This document shows, one piece after another, positions 28,346-41,531 of a DNA stretch of 64,000 bases (within the stretch, counting starts at the first letter, position 1; each line of letters starts with the position of its first letter). The translations under genes and the position numbers were made by a program. The stretch is from contig OX597816.1 in NCBI GenBank assembly GCA_951406725.2, forward strand, positions 30,070,001 through 30,134,000, in the 5' to 3' direction. Source of the stretch: Octopus vulgaris. Lineage: Eukaryota. The notes beneath the pieces were generated by a model that saw only the letters and a list, made by a program, of their open reading frames with translations, was not told the origin of the DNA and did no database searches.

Positions 28346-28457
28346 CTAGCAAGTGTATGGGGTCATCAGGAGAGAATGCGCGCCGTTTCGGGGCCTACCT
28401 CTCAACGGCATCAATGCGCACCGGCCCCCCTCACTGATATGAGGCCCCGCTTGCTAG
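28346..28457 (-). ncRNA. Hammerhead core with permuted, pseudoknotted connectivity in ~225-bp insert (28287-28510) within (TAA)n
   Basis: GCCGU-U-GAGAG, GGCCCC-GAAA-CGGC, CUCUC-CUGAUGA and GGGGCC all present with perfect stems. Confidence 0.6.
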
Positions 28458-28522
28458 ATCAGCTGGTTATGAAGAACTCAATATACTTCTAGCCATCGCT
28501 CATCGTCTCTTAATAATAATAA

Positions 28523-28825
28523 CTAGCAGTATCGCCCGGCGTTGCTCGGGTTTGTAAGAGAAATAACTATATAAGCATTTTTAGAGAGTTACTTCTCTTA
28601 TATAATAGCAAAAAAATGCATTAAAAATGGGAAAAAATGATGGTAAATTTTTTTTTAAATCGTAGGCTCATCGTAAACGCGCGTTAATACCCAGAAGGGC
28701 TCGATATGAATCACGACTATAAGATACCCGGTTTTGGTTAAACTGCACCGCAAAATGTGGGAGTAGTTAGGAATCTAAATCGTAGGAGACAGACACTCAC
28801 ACAACTTCACTTTTATATATAAAGA
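28523..28825 (-). mobile_element. Non-autonomous Helitron, shorter copy
   Basis: Same TC..hairpin-CTAG ends and AT target as 4492-4883. Confidence 0.8.
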
Positions 28826-30826
28826 TATCTAGTCTTTCTCATTCGCAAAATGAGCTCCCCTTAATTTCGCTCAGATTACTTTCAATTTTAGTGCATCGAT
28901 GCAACTCTGAATTTTGATTACGATCAACCAATTACTTTTATCTCGTAAATTAAAGAATCTGATGTTATTTGGAATTAAAGTTGGGAAATTTGGGGAATTT
29001 TAGCCAATCTACAGACAGCGGTGTATTAACAGCTTGTTACTATGACAACCGCACGCTGTGTTGTGGTTCACTGTTATCTGTGCCGTTGTTGTTCTATATT
29101 GATTTTTCACACTTGATGCTTCACACCACGAGATTCTTGTCATCCGTGTGTTTTGTTTTAATTTATCTGTGTTAGTATATTACATATTTTTCTGTGCTTT
29201 TTCTGTGTGTTAGTATTTTTCTGTGCTTTTTCTGTGTGTTAGTATTTTTCTGTGCTGTGCTTTTTCTGTGTGTTAGTATTTTTACATATTTTTCATTTCA
29301 TATATTTTTGGGACTCATTGACTCAGATAGCTGGATTTATGATTTTACTAGATTAATTCTATTCATAAAAGTTTAAATTAGGGGTATTTCTTAAACCGCC
29401 AGCTTCACATTTCAACAGCTTATAGATATAGATATTACTATGGGTGATATACAGGCATTACTTTTGAATTCTGCATGCAAAAACATATAAGATACAGTCC
29501 TCTAATATATAGTCCTATAACATATAAGATATATTATTATTCTTATCGTAGTTTACAAATCCAGGCATGAAAACGTTTCTCAGCTTTGGACACACACATA
29601 CACATATGCACTTATATATTAATGATGTACATAAATACAGAATAAACACATGCAGACAAATATATTAATATAAAAAAAAAATTTTTAATGGTAAAAACAT
29701 ACAATCAATGATGAGACAAAAGAAACAGTAAGATGATACATGTTGATTTTATTAGGTATTTCTGTTTATTTCGAAACCTACAATGAACAGGTCAGATGCT
29801 AAACTATAAATTTCACAGTGTACAACTTTAAAGTTGACACCGCTCCGCAGAGAATTTCTGTTTCGGAAGTGGCTAAAAATACCCATTTTTTTAATTATTT
29901 TTAAACCTCAGTAACATTTTTCTCTATTTTTTTTTCCCACAACATCATACATTCAAAGCAATGAGACTGGAAGGCTACATTATTATAGCCGATTTTCAGA
30001 TTTTTTTAACTTCCTTTTAAAAATGCATATTTTACGAATGAAAATAACTAGATCATAATAAATAATAATAATAATAATAATAATAATAATTAAATAGTTA
30101 AATTATCGAAACTGCATGTATATGCATAAATTGTGAAAAAGTTCACATTCGTACGTTTGTTAAACACACACTGAGCCTTGCTGTGCTTCGAGACCAAGTT
30201 GTAAGTCTCCCTTTGCGCTACATCTCTCTCTCTTTCTCTCTCACACACACACACGCGCGCGCGCGCGGTCTCCACATCTATGCTAATGGGAAATTAATCA
30301 AACATTAACTTAGGGAATTTCACACATGCATGGACACACAGGCAATCAAACAGACGTACACATGTATGCTGGTATGTGTGTGTGTGTGTGTGTGTGTGTA
30401 TGAATGTGTGCGTGTTGACATTCAGGAATAAATAATATGCCGTTTGATAAATTTCACATTAGCATATTTTTCTTTTAATTTATAGAAGTTCGTTATATTC
30501 ATGCCCATTCCAGCATCCAACCATTTGATGTTAAAATTTCTTTGATAATAAATAGGTTTCTCATTGGATGTTAGTTAATACCTAATTACATAGATTCAAA
30601 TATGATTTTGATACAATGTAATTTGTTTTTCATCTAATTTCTATAAACCCCAAAAATATGCAACACTTTTTATGAGCTGAAAGGTTTCCTATTGCATGAT
30701 TTCAAATCAGTCAGCACACACAAAAAAAAAAAAACAAAAATAAAATAGCGTTTTCCAAAAACATGTCTGACTATTTTAAAGGTAAATTGAGCCCCCTTAT
30801 GCTATTATACAACAAAATAAACGTAA

Positions 30827-30928
<102 letters not shown>

Positions 30929-31137
30929 TCTCTCGCACCATCACTCCCTTTGTCTTTCTCTGGATCCCTACCTCTTTCTTGCGACCTCTTCTTCAGATGT
31001 TAGGAAACAATCGGGTAATCTGAACGTGTTCTACGCGTAGAAAACTTTATGCGGAGAGCAACTTAACCGTTATTAAATATATATAACTTCATTTAAACAT
31101 GTTTACTGTTACTTTTGGCCGTTTATTCACTTATTAG

Positions 31138-31169
<32 letters not shown>

Positions 31170-31303
31170 TGTATGTATGTATGCATGTATGTATGTATGT
31201 TTGCATGCATGCATGCATGTATGTATGTATGTATGTGTATGTATGTATGTATGTATGTATGTATGTATGTATGTATGTATGTATGTATGTGTGTGTGTAT
31301 GTA

Positions 31304-31384
<81 letters not shown>

Positions 31385-31629
31385 ATCTTTTACTTGTTTC
31401 AGTCACTAGTGATAAATTTATATATATATATATATATATATAATTGAGTAGTTGAATGAATTATCTTATTATGGATAATTCGGTTAACCGATACCTGGGT
31501 AGCAAATTCACGTCAGAAAAACACGGTTGAAGCTACATGCCTATTGTGTGGAAATTTGTGTGTGTTTTTTAATACAAATAAATGAAAGAATGGAGTTGAA
31601 CGACGAATTAACAAAATTCCTTTATTTTA

Positions 31630-31713
31630 TTTTCGACATATGTTTCGAAGGCTGCATATTCCTAATTTCGAAGGAATAAGGGGTGCATTATGCCGCAAAC
31701 TCATCAGGAAAAG
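31630..31713 (-). ncRNA. Type I hammerhead ribozyme motif in Penelope-like insert (31443-31795) within (TA)n
   Basis: UUUC CUGAUGA G..extended stem II..C GAAA CAUAUG UC GAAA; GUC site. Confidence 0.65.
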
Positions 31714-31792
31714 TAAGGAACTTATGTCAGCATCAAGATGCACAAAAAATTTTAGATGTCTGCCCACACGGAGCCCATAGCGATATTCTTTC

Positions 31793-31840
<48 letters not shown>

Positions 31841-32199
31841 CTAAGAAGAACAATCATGCAATATCCATATATGCTATGATATAAACACAAAATCACAACA
31901 ATCCAAGAATCCCTTGATATGTCCTACACAATGAAAATAAAGAGCAATGAGAACACATGGTATAACTGATTCATATACAAAGACACTTCAGAAGTATAAT
32001 TCCAGCATCATTTGCCTAATGAATATAATTTGGGTTTCGACACCTGGGCAGTAACATTCAATCTTACGTCGTCACCAGCATTCAAAACAGAAAGGCAGCA
32101 AGAAGCAAGAACGAAATTTTGTGTAATATGTTCATTATGTCTACCTCTGCTTATTATCAGTTTCATATTTTGGCACATGATCAGCAGTTCCGTGTAGGA

Positions 32200-32615
32200 T
32201 GTAAGTCGGTTACACTGACCCCAGTGCTCAGCTTGTACTTATTTTATCGATCCTGAAAGGACGAGAGGTAAAGTCGACATTGGTGAAATTTGAACTCAAA
32301 GTGTAAAGACGGACGAAATGCCGCTAAGCATTTTTGCCCGATGTGCTAACGTTTCTGCCAGCTGGCCGCCTTAAATATCTGCTTATTATTACAAATATAA
32401 ACAAAGGCTGTGAGCTGGGAGAATCGTTACCGCGCCGGGTAAAATGCTTAGCGGCATTTCGTCTGTCATTCTGAGTTCAAATCCGCCGAGGTCGACTTTA
32501 TCTTTGATCCTTTCGGTGTCTTTAAAATAAGTACCAGTTGTGTACCGGGGTCGATTTAATCGACTATCTCCTCCTCTAAATTCCAGGTCTTGTGCCTATA
32601 GTAGAGAGGATTATT
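32200..32615. mobile_element. Two divergent SINE B copies
   Basis: 32200-32372 minus, 32408-32615 plus. Confidence 0.7.
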
Positions 32616-32953
32616 GTAAATACAAATTACAAATATCAAATATAAATAGTTTCATGTCTATAGCTAAGAAACACAGTAATTGAAAATGCTACATACAAAA
32701 CAGAACTTCAAACATATGAAATCAATTAAAGAACGTAGACCAACAGACATTGCTCATCCACAATAAACACGAAAGCATAATTAAAATGAACCGAACGTAA
32801 ACTTGAGGGACAGAATATCACTTTTAACTATCAGGCTTCAACCGTCTTAAGACAATACTACATTGGAATATTCCATGTTCCTCTCGTTACATAAAGGTTT
32901 GACAAGATGAACATGAATTACATGTAATGTGTTGTAATATTAAACAATACGCA

Positions 32954-33129
32954 GGCGCAGGAGTGGCTGTGTGGTAAGTAGCTTGCTTACCAACCACATA
33001 GCCCCGGGTTCAGTCCCACTGCGTGGCACCTTGGGCAAGTGTCTTCTACTATAGCCTCGGGCCGACCAAAGCCTTGTGAGTGGATTTGGTAGACGGAAAC
33101 TGAAAGAAACCCGTCGTATATATATATAT

Positions 33130-33188
<59 letters not shown>

Positions 33189-33955
33189 TTGTGTGTCTGT
33201 TTGTCCCTCCAGCATCGCTTGACAACCGATGCTGGAGTGTTTATGTCCCCGTAACTTACTGGTTCTGCAAAAAGAGGCCGATAGAATAAGTACTGGGCTT
33301 ACAAAGAGTAAGCTCTGGGGTCGATATGCTCGACTATAAAGGCAGTGCTCCAGCATGGCCACAGTCAAATGGCTGAAACAAATAAAAGAGTAAAAGAGTA
33401 ATTATTTAAGGCGGTGAGCTGGCAGAACTGTTACCGCGCTGGGCTTAGTGCCTTTCGTCCCGCTTTGCGTTCTGAGTTCAAATTCAGCAAAGGTCAACTT
33501 TGCCTTTCATCCTTTCGGGATCGATAAAATAAACACCAATTGATTACTGGGGTCGATGTAATCGACTTACTCTGTTCCTTGAAATTGCTGGTCCCATGCC
33601 AACATTTAAAACAGTATAGGCGCAGGAGTGGCTGTGTGGTAAGTAGCTTGCTTACCAGCCACATGGTTCTGGGTTCAGTCCCACTGCGTGGCACCTTGGG
33701 CAAGCGTCTTCTACTATTGCTTAGGGCCGACAAAAGCCTTGTGAGTGGATTTGGTAGATAGAAACTGAAAGAAGCCCGTCGTATATATGTATATGTATAT
33801 ATGTATGTGTACGCGTGTTTGTGTGTCTCTGTCTGTCCCCACCATCATCGCTTGACAACCGATGCTGGTGTGTTTACGTCTCCGTAACTTAGCGGCTCGG
33901 CAAAAGAGACCGATAGAATAAGTACTAGGCTTACAAAGAATAAGTCCTGGGGGTC
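32954..33955 (+). mobile_element. SINE A - SINE B - SINE A tandem cluster
   Basis: A 32954-33400, B 33409-33610, A 33619-33955. Confidence 0.8.
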
Positions 33956-34656
33956 TGATATGTTCTGGGTAAGTTTAGCTACCAAACTCTGATGTGTATC
34001 GCATAACTTAAGCATTACTGAGCAATGAAACTGAATAATTTGACATGGCTTGCATTGTCCAGAGTATTCGTGGCTACTTCATAACTACGTTATGATGAGT
34101 TAGATTTGGTTACTATTTCTAGCAGTTTTAGTGACAACTGAATTGTATGTGTTTAGCAAACTCTGAAATATCTGATAGTAAAAGTGAGTGGCTGTTTACA
34201 AAACGTGTAATGTATCTCTTCGATTATTCATGTAAATATTGAGATCTCAGACAGATATAAAACATTTAAAAGTAAGATGTCAAAATCTAAAAGATGACAA
34301 CAAAGCTATTTATGAATCTGAAAAATTATGAATTCTTTTTCTCTACTTTGTTTGACATACATAAGCAAAATATCCTCATCTTAATGACAATGATATATAA
34401 ATAATGCAATATCATGTCCTATATATATGTATGAATGTATGTATGTATGTATGTATGTATGTTTGCATGTATGTATGTATGTATGTATATATGTAAGCAG
34501 GTATGTATGTATATATGTATGCATGTATGTATGTATATATGTATGCATGTATGTATGTATGTATATATGTATGCATGTATGTATGTATGTATATATGTAT
34601 GTATGCATGTATGTATGTATGTATGTATGTATGTATGTATGTATGTATGTACATAC

Positions 34657-34712
<56 letters not shown>

Positions 34713-34729
34713 ATATATGTATATATATA

Positions 34730-35162
34730 GGCGCAGGAGTGTATAGCTGTGTGGTAAAGAGCTTGCTTACCAACCACATTGTTCCGGGTTCAGTCCCAAT
34801 GCGTGGCACCTTGGGCAAGTGTTTTCTACTATAGCCTCGGGCCGACCAAAGCCTTGTAAGTGGACTTAGTAGACGGAAACTGAAAGAAGCCCGTCGTATA
34901 TATACATATACATATATGTGTATGTGTGTGTGTGTTTCTGTGTCTCTGTTTCTTTGTCTGTGTTTGTCTCCCCACCATCGCGTGACAACCGATGCTGGTG
35001 TGTTTACGTGCCCGTAACTTAACGGTTCGGCAAATGAGACCAATAGAATAAGTACTAGGCTTACAAAGAATAGGTCCTGGGGTCGATTTGTTCGACTAAA
35101 GCCGGTGCTCCAGCATAGCCGTAGTCAAATGACTGAAACAAATAAAAAGAATAAGAGAAAAA

Positions 35163-35165
<3 letters not shown>
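34730..35165 (+). mobile_element. SINE family A
   Basis: Family match. Confidence 0.85.
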
Positions 35166-35216
<51 letters not shown>

Positions 35217-35354
35217 CGGAGATGTACTCGCATAGCAAGTAATTTGATCTGAGATCGTGTGCTGAAACGAAAACAATTGCAGCGTGGGAGGTGTTTATAA
35301 GCCATTTAAGAAACACACAAAAGCCGTTCGATTCACTCCAACATTTAAGTTTAA

Positions 35355-35404
35355 TTTGTCAAAATATTTTCGTCGCTAAAATCCGCGACCTGTTCACTGA
35401 CAAA
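35355..35404 (-). ncRNA. Hammerhead motif with G3-C8 swapped core in ~200-bp insert (35213-35414) within (TA)n
   Basis: UUUGUCA GUGAACA G GUCGC ggauuuua GCGAC GAAA AUAU UU UGACAAA. Confidence 0.6.
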
Positions 35405-35411
35405 GTCCGTG

Positions 35412-35515
<104 letters not shown>

Positions 35516-35518
35516 TTC

Positions 35519-35903
35519 AGTGGTTAGGACAGCGGACTCGCGGTCGTAGGATCGCGGTTTCGATTCCCAGACTGGGCGTTGTGAGTGTTTATTGAACGAA
35601 AACACCTAAAAAGCTCCACGAGGCTCCGGCAGGTGGTGGTGGCGAACCACCTTTCTTTCACGAACTTTCTCTCACTCTTTCTTCCTGTATTTCAAAGGGC
35701 CAGCCTTGTCCCGCTCGGTGTCACGCTGAATCTTCCCGGGAACTACGTTAAGGGTACACGTGTCACGCTGAATCTTCCCGGGAACTACGTTAAGGGTACA
35801 CGTGTCTGTGGAGTGCTCAGCCACTTGTACCTTAATTTCACGAGCGGGCTGTTCCGTTGATGGGATCAGCTGGAACCTCGTCGTCGCAACCGACGGAGTG
35901 CCA
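35519..35903 (+). mobile_element. SINE family C with internal ~42-bp tandem duplication
   Basis: tgtcacgctgaatcttcccgggaactacgttaagggtacacg twice. Confidence 0.8.
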
Positions 35904-36003
35904 CGATAGATACATATATGTGCGCGTGTGTGTCCATCCATCCATCCATCCATCCATCCATCCATCCATCCATCCATCCATCCATCCATCCATCCATCCA
36001 TCC

Positions 36004-36081
<78 letters not shown>

Positions 36082-36685
36082 ACACTGTATGAACTGATAT
36101 AGTTTAACCGTGACAGCGTTTATTGACGATCTAATGATCTCGCATTTAGTCTCAGAGCTTTCATGTTGATGAAATTGCAGGGGTAATTTAGGTTAGATTT
36201 ATAAATATCGTAGTATAATCATAATCACTATTATGATTATATTTTACGATATTTATAAATGTAATAATATACGGAGTTACACACACAGACACACACACAG
36301 ACGTACAAGTCATGTTTAAATCTGAAATTCATTTGAACAGAGATTTACGAAGGCAGAAGGATATTTTTTGACATAACTCCTGATGTCAAAAAAGTCTCCT
36401 CTTTGATCGTGAACCATAAATGACCTCGGACTAAACAAGTAGCAACAACAATATATAATCAAATAGAAAGAAACAAATGGAATATTCATTAAAATAGGGA
36501 ATCATATGAGGGAGAGATTTGAAAGAAAATTCAAAAGGAAGGTAAGGAGTGACAATCTGGCTTCTTACAGACGTTTTCTTACTGATCTGAGGAAATGTTA
36601 TCTTTTGTCGGCATTCTGCTGCCTCTTTCTTACTTTTTTCCTTCTTTTTTATTTTCTTTGTCATTCCTGTTACTGCTTTCACACG

Positions 36686-36758
<73 letters not shown>

Positions 36759-36895
36759 TCACGCACACACACACCTTTGTGGTCCCTGAAGTTTGGAGAC
36801 TGCTTTAGACATTTCATACCACACCGACCATATCTTAATTTGTGTTTGCATGAATGTATACATATGTATATATACATGCACATATATATCCATTA

Positions 36896-36927
<32 letters not shown>

Positions 36928-37847
36928 CTTCCGTTCATGATATAAGAATTTCGATGCTTTCGAACGTGCGTGAAATAATTCATTTTTGGAATGGTGAATC
37001 TTGAAGCAGACAGGGCTATGAACAATAGCATATAAAACTCTTTCGATCTTTGGATTTAAAGAAGTCGAATGCTACCTGTGAGACACAAAGCTACATCTCC
37101 TGTAAACTCGACATGTGTCATAAGCATTTTTTATATATTTGTTGTATCTCTAGAGGATTATTATGCAAATAATAAACGCATGTACTGGTTCTATTTCCTT
37201 TCTTTATTATTCGTCAATTGGTTAAATATTTTACTAATTAACTAATCAATTGTTTGAATAAATATTCGGTTAATTAACCAATTAGTTATTTTTGTCAAAG
37301 CTCTTTCATTACCACTCGCAATCTCAAAGACATGCCCTCTTTACTCCAGATAGTAATTCAAACTTTGATACTATGTATTGTAATCAACAGTAGAATTCAA
37401 GAAAACTAGTCACAGTTTGCACCAGTCTTTGGTGTGTAGAAGCAATTCAGATGTGCAATATATTTCTTTGTTGTGAGTGACACGAAAATTCTAACGCTTC
37501 GGGCAATAATCCTTTGTCATACACTACTCTTAATCTACTCATTCGGAATCGTCAGAAAGTGTTTGGGTTGACCGAGGAAAACTTCTATTCAAGATACTAG
37601 ACTTTTTATTTTTTCTCACAGTTCTTTTCAGTTGTTTACGCTATGTATTAGATTTTATAGCTTTGTTTAAGTAAAGCACCTGTATTAATTAATTAAGGTA
37701 ATTACAAATAATTAAGTTAAGGCTCTTAAAAGTATAAATCCGTTTGCATACTAATGGAGCAGTTCCTTATTTTGTTTAGTTCCTGGATAGTTCACATCGA
37801 GCAGACCTATGTTCATAGGTATTCTTCTGTGACTATCTCATCATATT

Positions 37848-38022
37848 TCTTCTTTACTACCCACAAGGGGCTAAACACAGAGGGGACAAACAAGGACAGA
37901 CAAAGGGATTAAGTCGATTACATCGACCACAGTGCGAAACTGGTACTTTTTTAATCGACCCCGAAAGTATGAAAGGCAAAGTCGACCTCGGCGGAATTTG
38001 AACTCAGAACGTAACGACAGAC
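37848..38022 (-). mobile_element. SINE family B, head truncated
   Basis: Family match. Confidence 0.8.
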
Positions 38023-38674
38023 AATAAGACATGGCAATAAGGGTATCTTCTACAGGGCCTTTGGTTGACCGATCATATTACACGATTGATATTTGGTAGC
38101 CTGTCTTTCTCTTCCTCTCTTTCTGTGTATGTGTGTGTGTGCGGGTATGGGAATATACATATACAGACATACATACATAGAAACATATATATACATACAT
38201 AATTTGTGCGTGTGTATGCGTGTAAGCATTGGAATATACGTATGTGTTTATGAGGGTGTACGTGAGGTTGTGCCTGTGTTTTACTTTTATAACGTTCAAA
38301 AAATAAATATAAACTGATGCTGATAATTATGTCATGTTGCTGAGCGATTCATAAAACACGAAACGTTCAAAAAGTTGTTGAATAAAATATATGCAGAGGT
38401 CCACATGAGCGTAGGAAATCGCCGCATCCAAACAGAAAATAATAGTATGGATGTTACAATGGTTATTAAACACATATATAATTGTATGTGTGTGTATGTG
38501 AGTGTGTTTGTATGCATGTATCTATAGAAGCAAACATACGTATACTCGTTTCTATATATATATATGTATACCGGAGTAAACACATAAATGTGAAACAAGG
38601 TGGAAAAAAGAGTACTCAAATACCAGAGGTAGAGTAATATGCTTTATTTAAAAGCAGCAGAAATTCAACAAAAG

Positions 38675-38711
38675 CTGTTACTCGAAGTTTCATGTTCCGT
38701 TCGTCGGACAG
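38675..38711 (-). ncRNA. Degenerate hammerhead motif (U4C)
   Basis: CUGU CCGACGA ACG gaa CAU GAAA CUUCGAG UA ACAG. Confidence 0.45.
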
Positions 38712-38731
38712 TTTTGTTAAAAAACAAAATC

Positions 38732-38778
<47 letters not shown>

Positions 38779-38852
38779 GGGGAGGACCCCCACGCACACA
38801 CACATACATACATACATACATACATACCTACATACATACATACATGCATACA

Positions 38853-39610
38853 TACGATGGTAACATTGATCATCAAAGCAGTCTATTATGGATCAGTAGC
38901 CGGATTATTACCTCCCACTTTGAAAGGCATGCATTTGCAATCCAGGAACTGGAAATATCAATCAAATATCTGATGCACAAAAAGGATAGAGATGCAGGAA
39001 AAGCAGTAAAATGTGACAACCGATGCAGACTTTGTGAAGTAAACACCGATGATATCACCAACATCATAAGTAGTTGTCCGAAAATGTCATCACGGTATTA
39101 TCTGCCGATAAGACATGATGTTGTAGCTGGGACGCTCTATAATGAAAGTCATCGGAAGGGTAACTCCGAGGACAAAGAATTAAGAATCCACAATATTGGT
39201 AGAAGCCATAGCCACTCAAAAAGGAGAACTGGTGGAATGTCCCAGTGAAGACCTCAATAAAATACAATCGCAACATACCTGATATAATGATTTGGGACAG
39301 AGAAGAGAAACTGTACAGTTGTGGGAATTAGCTGTCCAGCAGGCGTTAACTTAAAGCTGATGATCAGTGGAGAAGAGAATACCTACGCTGATCTATTGAG
39401 AAATCTGCAGTTACTCTATCGAGATTACAAGTCCAGGTTTATACCTGTAATTATTGGGGCCCTGGGATATGTAACATACTGCCTAAATACCGAACTTGAG
39501 ATATTAGGCTTTTTAAAACCAGAAAGAAGAAAGCTAATTTGAAGACTACAGATCCAATCCAATCCAGGAACTGTAAAAATCTGTAAAACTTACCAGAAAG
39601 TTATCATTTA
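38853..39610 (+). mobile_element. R4/Dong-like ORF 3' remnant: zinc knuckle plus restriction-like endonuclease
   Basis: FAIQE..CRLCEVNTDDITNIISSC..RHD..PDIMIWD..FIPVIIGALG; frameshifts. Confidence 0.75.
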
Positions 39611-39818
39611 GATATATATGAGCATGTCTAGATATACAGCTATATACATAAAAATACATACCAAAAACAAAACATACAAATCTGCACATATCCATCCATC
39701 CATCCATCCAAGTAAAAATACCCTGTTGTTGATGAAGGAACCTTGGATCTCGGTTACAAACCGGCACTTTCACTATTGGCAAGAAATCTCGAAATATAAC
39801 TGAACAATGACATACATA

Positions 39819-39980
39819 GGCGCAGGAGTGGCTGTGTGGTAAGTAGCTTGCTAACCAACCACATGGTTCCGGGTTCAGTCCCACTGCGTGGCATCTTGGG
39901 CAAGTGTCTTCTGCTATGGCCCCGGGCCGACCAAAGCCTTGTGAGTGGATTTGGTAGACGGAAACTGAAAGAAGCCCGTC

Positions 39981-40021
<41 letters not shown>

Positions 40022-40240
40022 TGTGTGTGTTTGTGTGTCTGTGTTTGTCCCCCTAGCATTGCTTGACAACCGATGCTGGTGTGTTTACGTCCCCGTCACT
40101 TAGCGGTTCGGCAAAAAAGAGACCGATAGAATAAGTACTGGGCTTACAAAAGAATAAGTCCCGGGGTCGATTTTCTCGACTAAAAAAAGGCGGTGCTCCA
40201 GCATGGCCGCAGTCAAAATGACTGAAACAAGTAAAAGAAA
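39819..40240 (+). mobile_element. SINE family A
   Basis: Family match. Confidence 0.85.
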
Positions 40241-40273
40241 AAAATACATATATTTGTGTATGTATGAAATAAT

Positions 40274-40310
<37 letters not shown>

Positions 40311-40479
40311 GAAAAACAAACAAATTTTGTAAATACAATTATCCAGGATTGAATTATTATTTCGACAAGGAAATGCTGGGAAGCTGTATTCTCATATTTT
40401 CTTTTTTGTTTTGTATAAGATAATGTCTCCTCTCTGAGCTGATCGAGTGCCTTTCTATTTGTTGAAGCATTGCCACCAT

Positions 40480-40544
40480 AACACACACACACATACACAC
40501 ACATACACACACATACACACACATACACAAACACACATACACAA

Positions 40545-40643
<99 letters not shown>

Positions 40644-40658
40644 AACACACACACACAA

Positions 40659-40714
<56 letters not shown>

Positions 40715-40761
40715 ATACACAAACACACACACACAAACACACATACACAAACACACACACA

Positions 40762-40797
<36 letters not shown>

Positions 40798-40885
40798 CAC
40801 ACATACACAAACACACACACACAAACACACACAAACACACACACAAACACACACACACAAACACATATACACAAACACACACACA

Positions 40886-40943
<58 letters not shown>

Positions 40944-40971
40944 AACACACACACACACACAAACACACACA

Positions 40972-41033
<62 letters not shown>

Positions 41034-41044
41034 CACACACACAC
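40480..41044. repeat. Long interrupted (CA)n microsatellite
   Basis: Direct reading. Confidence 0.95.
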
Positions 41045-41500
41045 GGTACGTTTCTTTCAGTTTTCGTCCATCATATCTGTTCACGAGGATTTGATCGAAC
41101 CTTGGTTATAGTAGGAAACATTTGCCCAAGATCTCACACAACGGGACTGAACCCGAAGCCGTGTGGTTGGGAAGCAATCTTCTTATCACATAAATAGAAA
41201 TTAAATTCACATATATATAAAACTGGTAACCATTTGGGGGGGGGGGGATGATTCCGGATATCTGCAAGTCGGAAAAGAGGTCCGGTACTGTATATCTATA
41301 TTTAGAATACGTTAGCCCCTTGTGGGTAGTAAAGAAATATATATTTAGAATACGGCCATCCATTGACTTACAGAGATGTATTTTGTTGACTACAGGAATG
41401 CTTTCAGAACCGCTCAGCTAATTATAAAGCTAGAGTAACCACATGTTGTCTTGACTACAATTTACATAAATTTACATAGGGTATACTTTCTCTCTCTCTG

Positions 41501-41531
<31 letters not shown>

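Noticed and set aside
40100-41094. Longest ORFs (CV/HT repeats) and all similar YI/MYVC ORFs
   Set aside because: Translations of dinucleotide and tetranucleotide microsatellites
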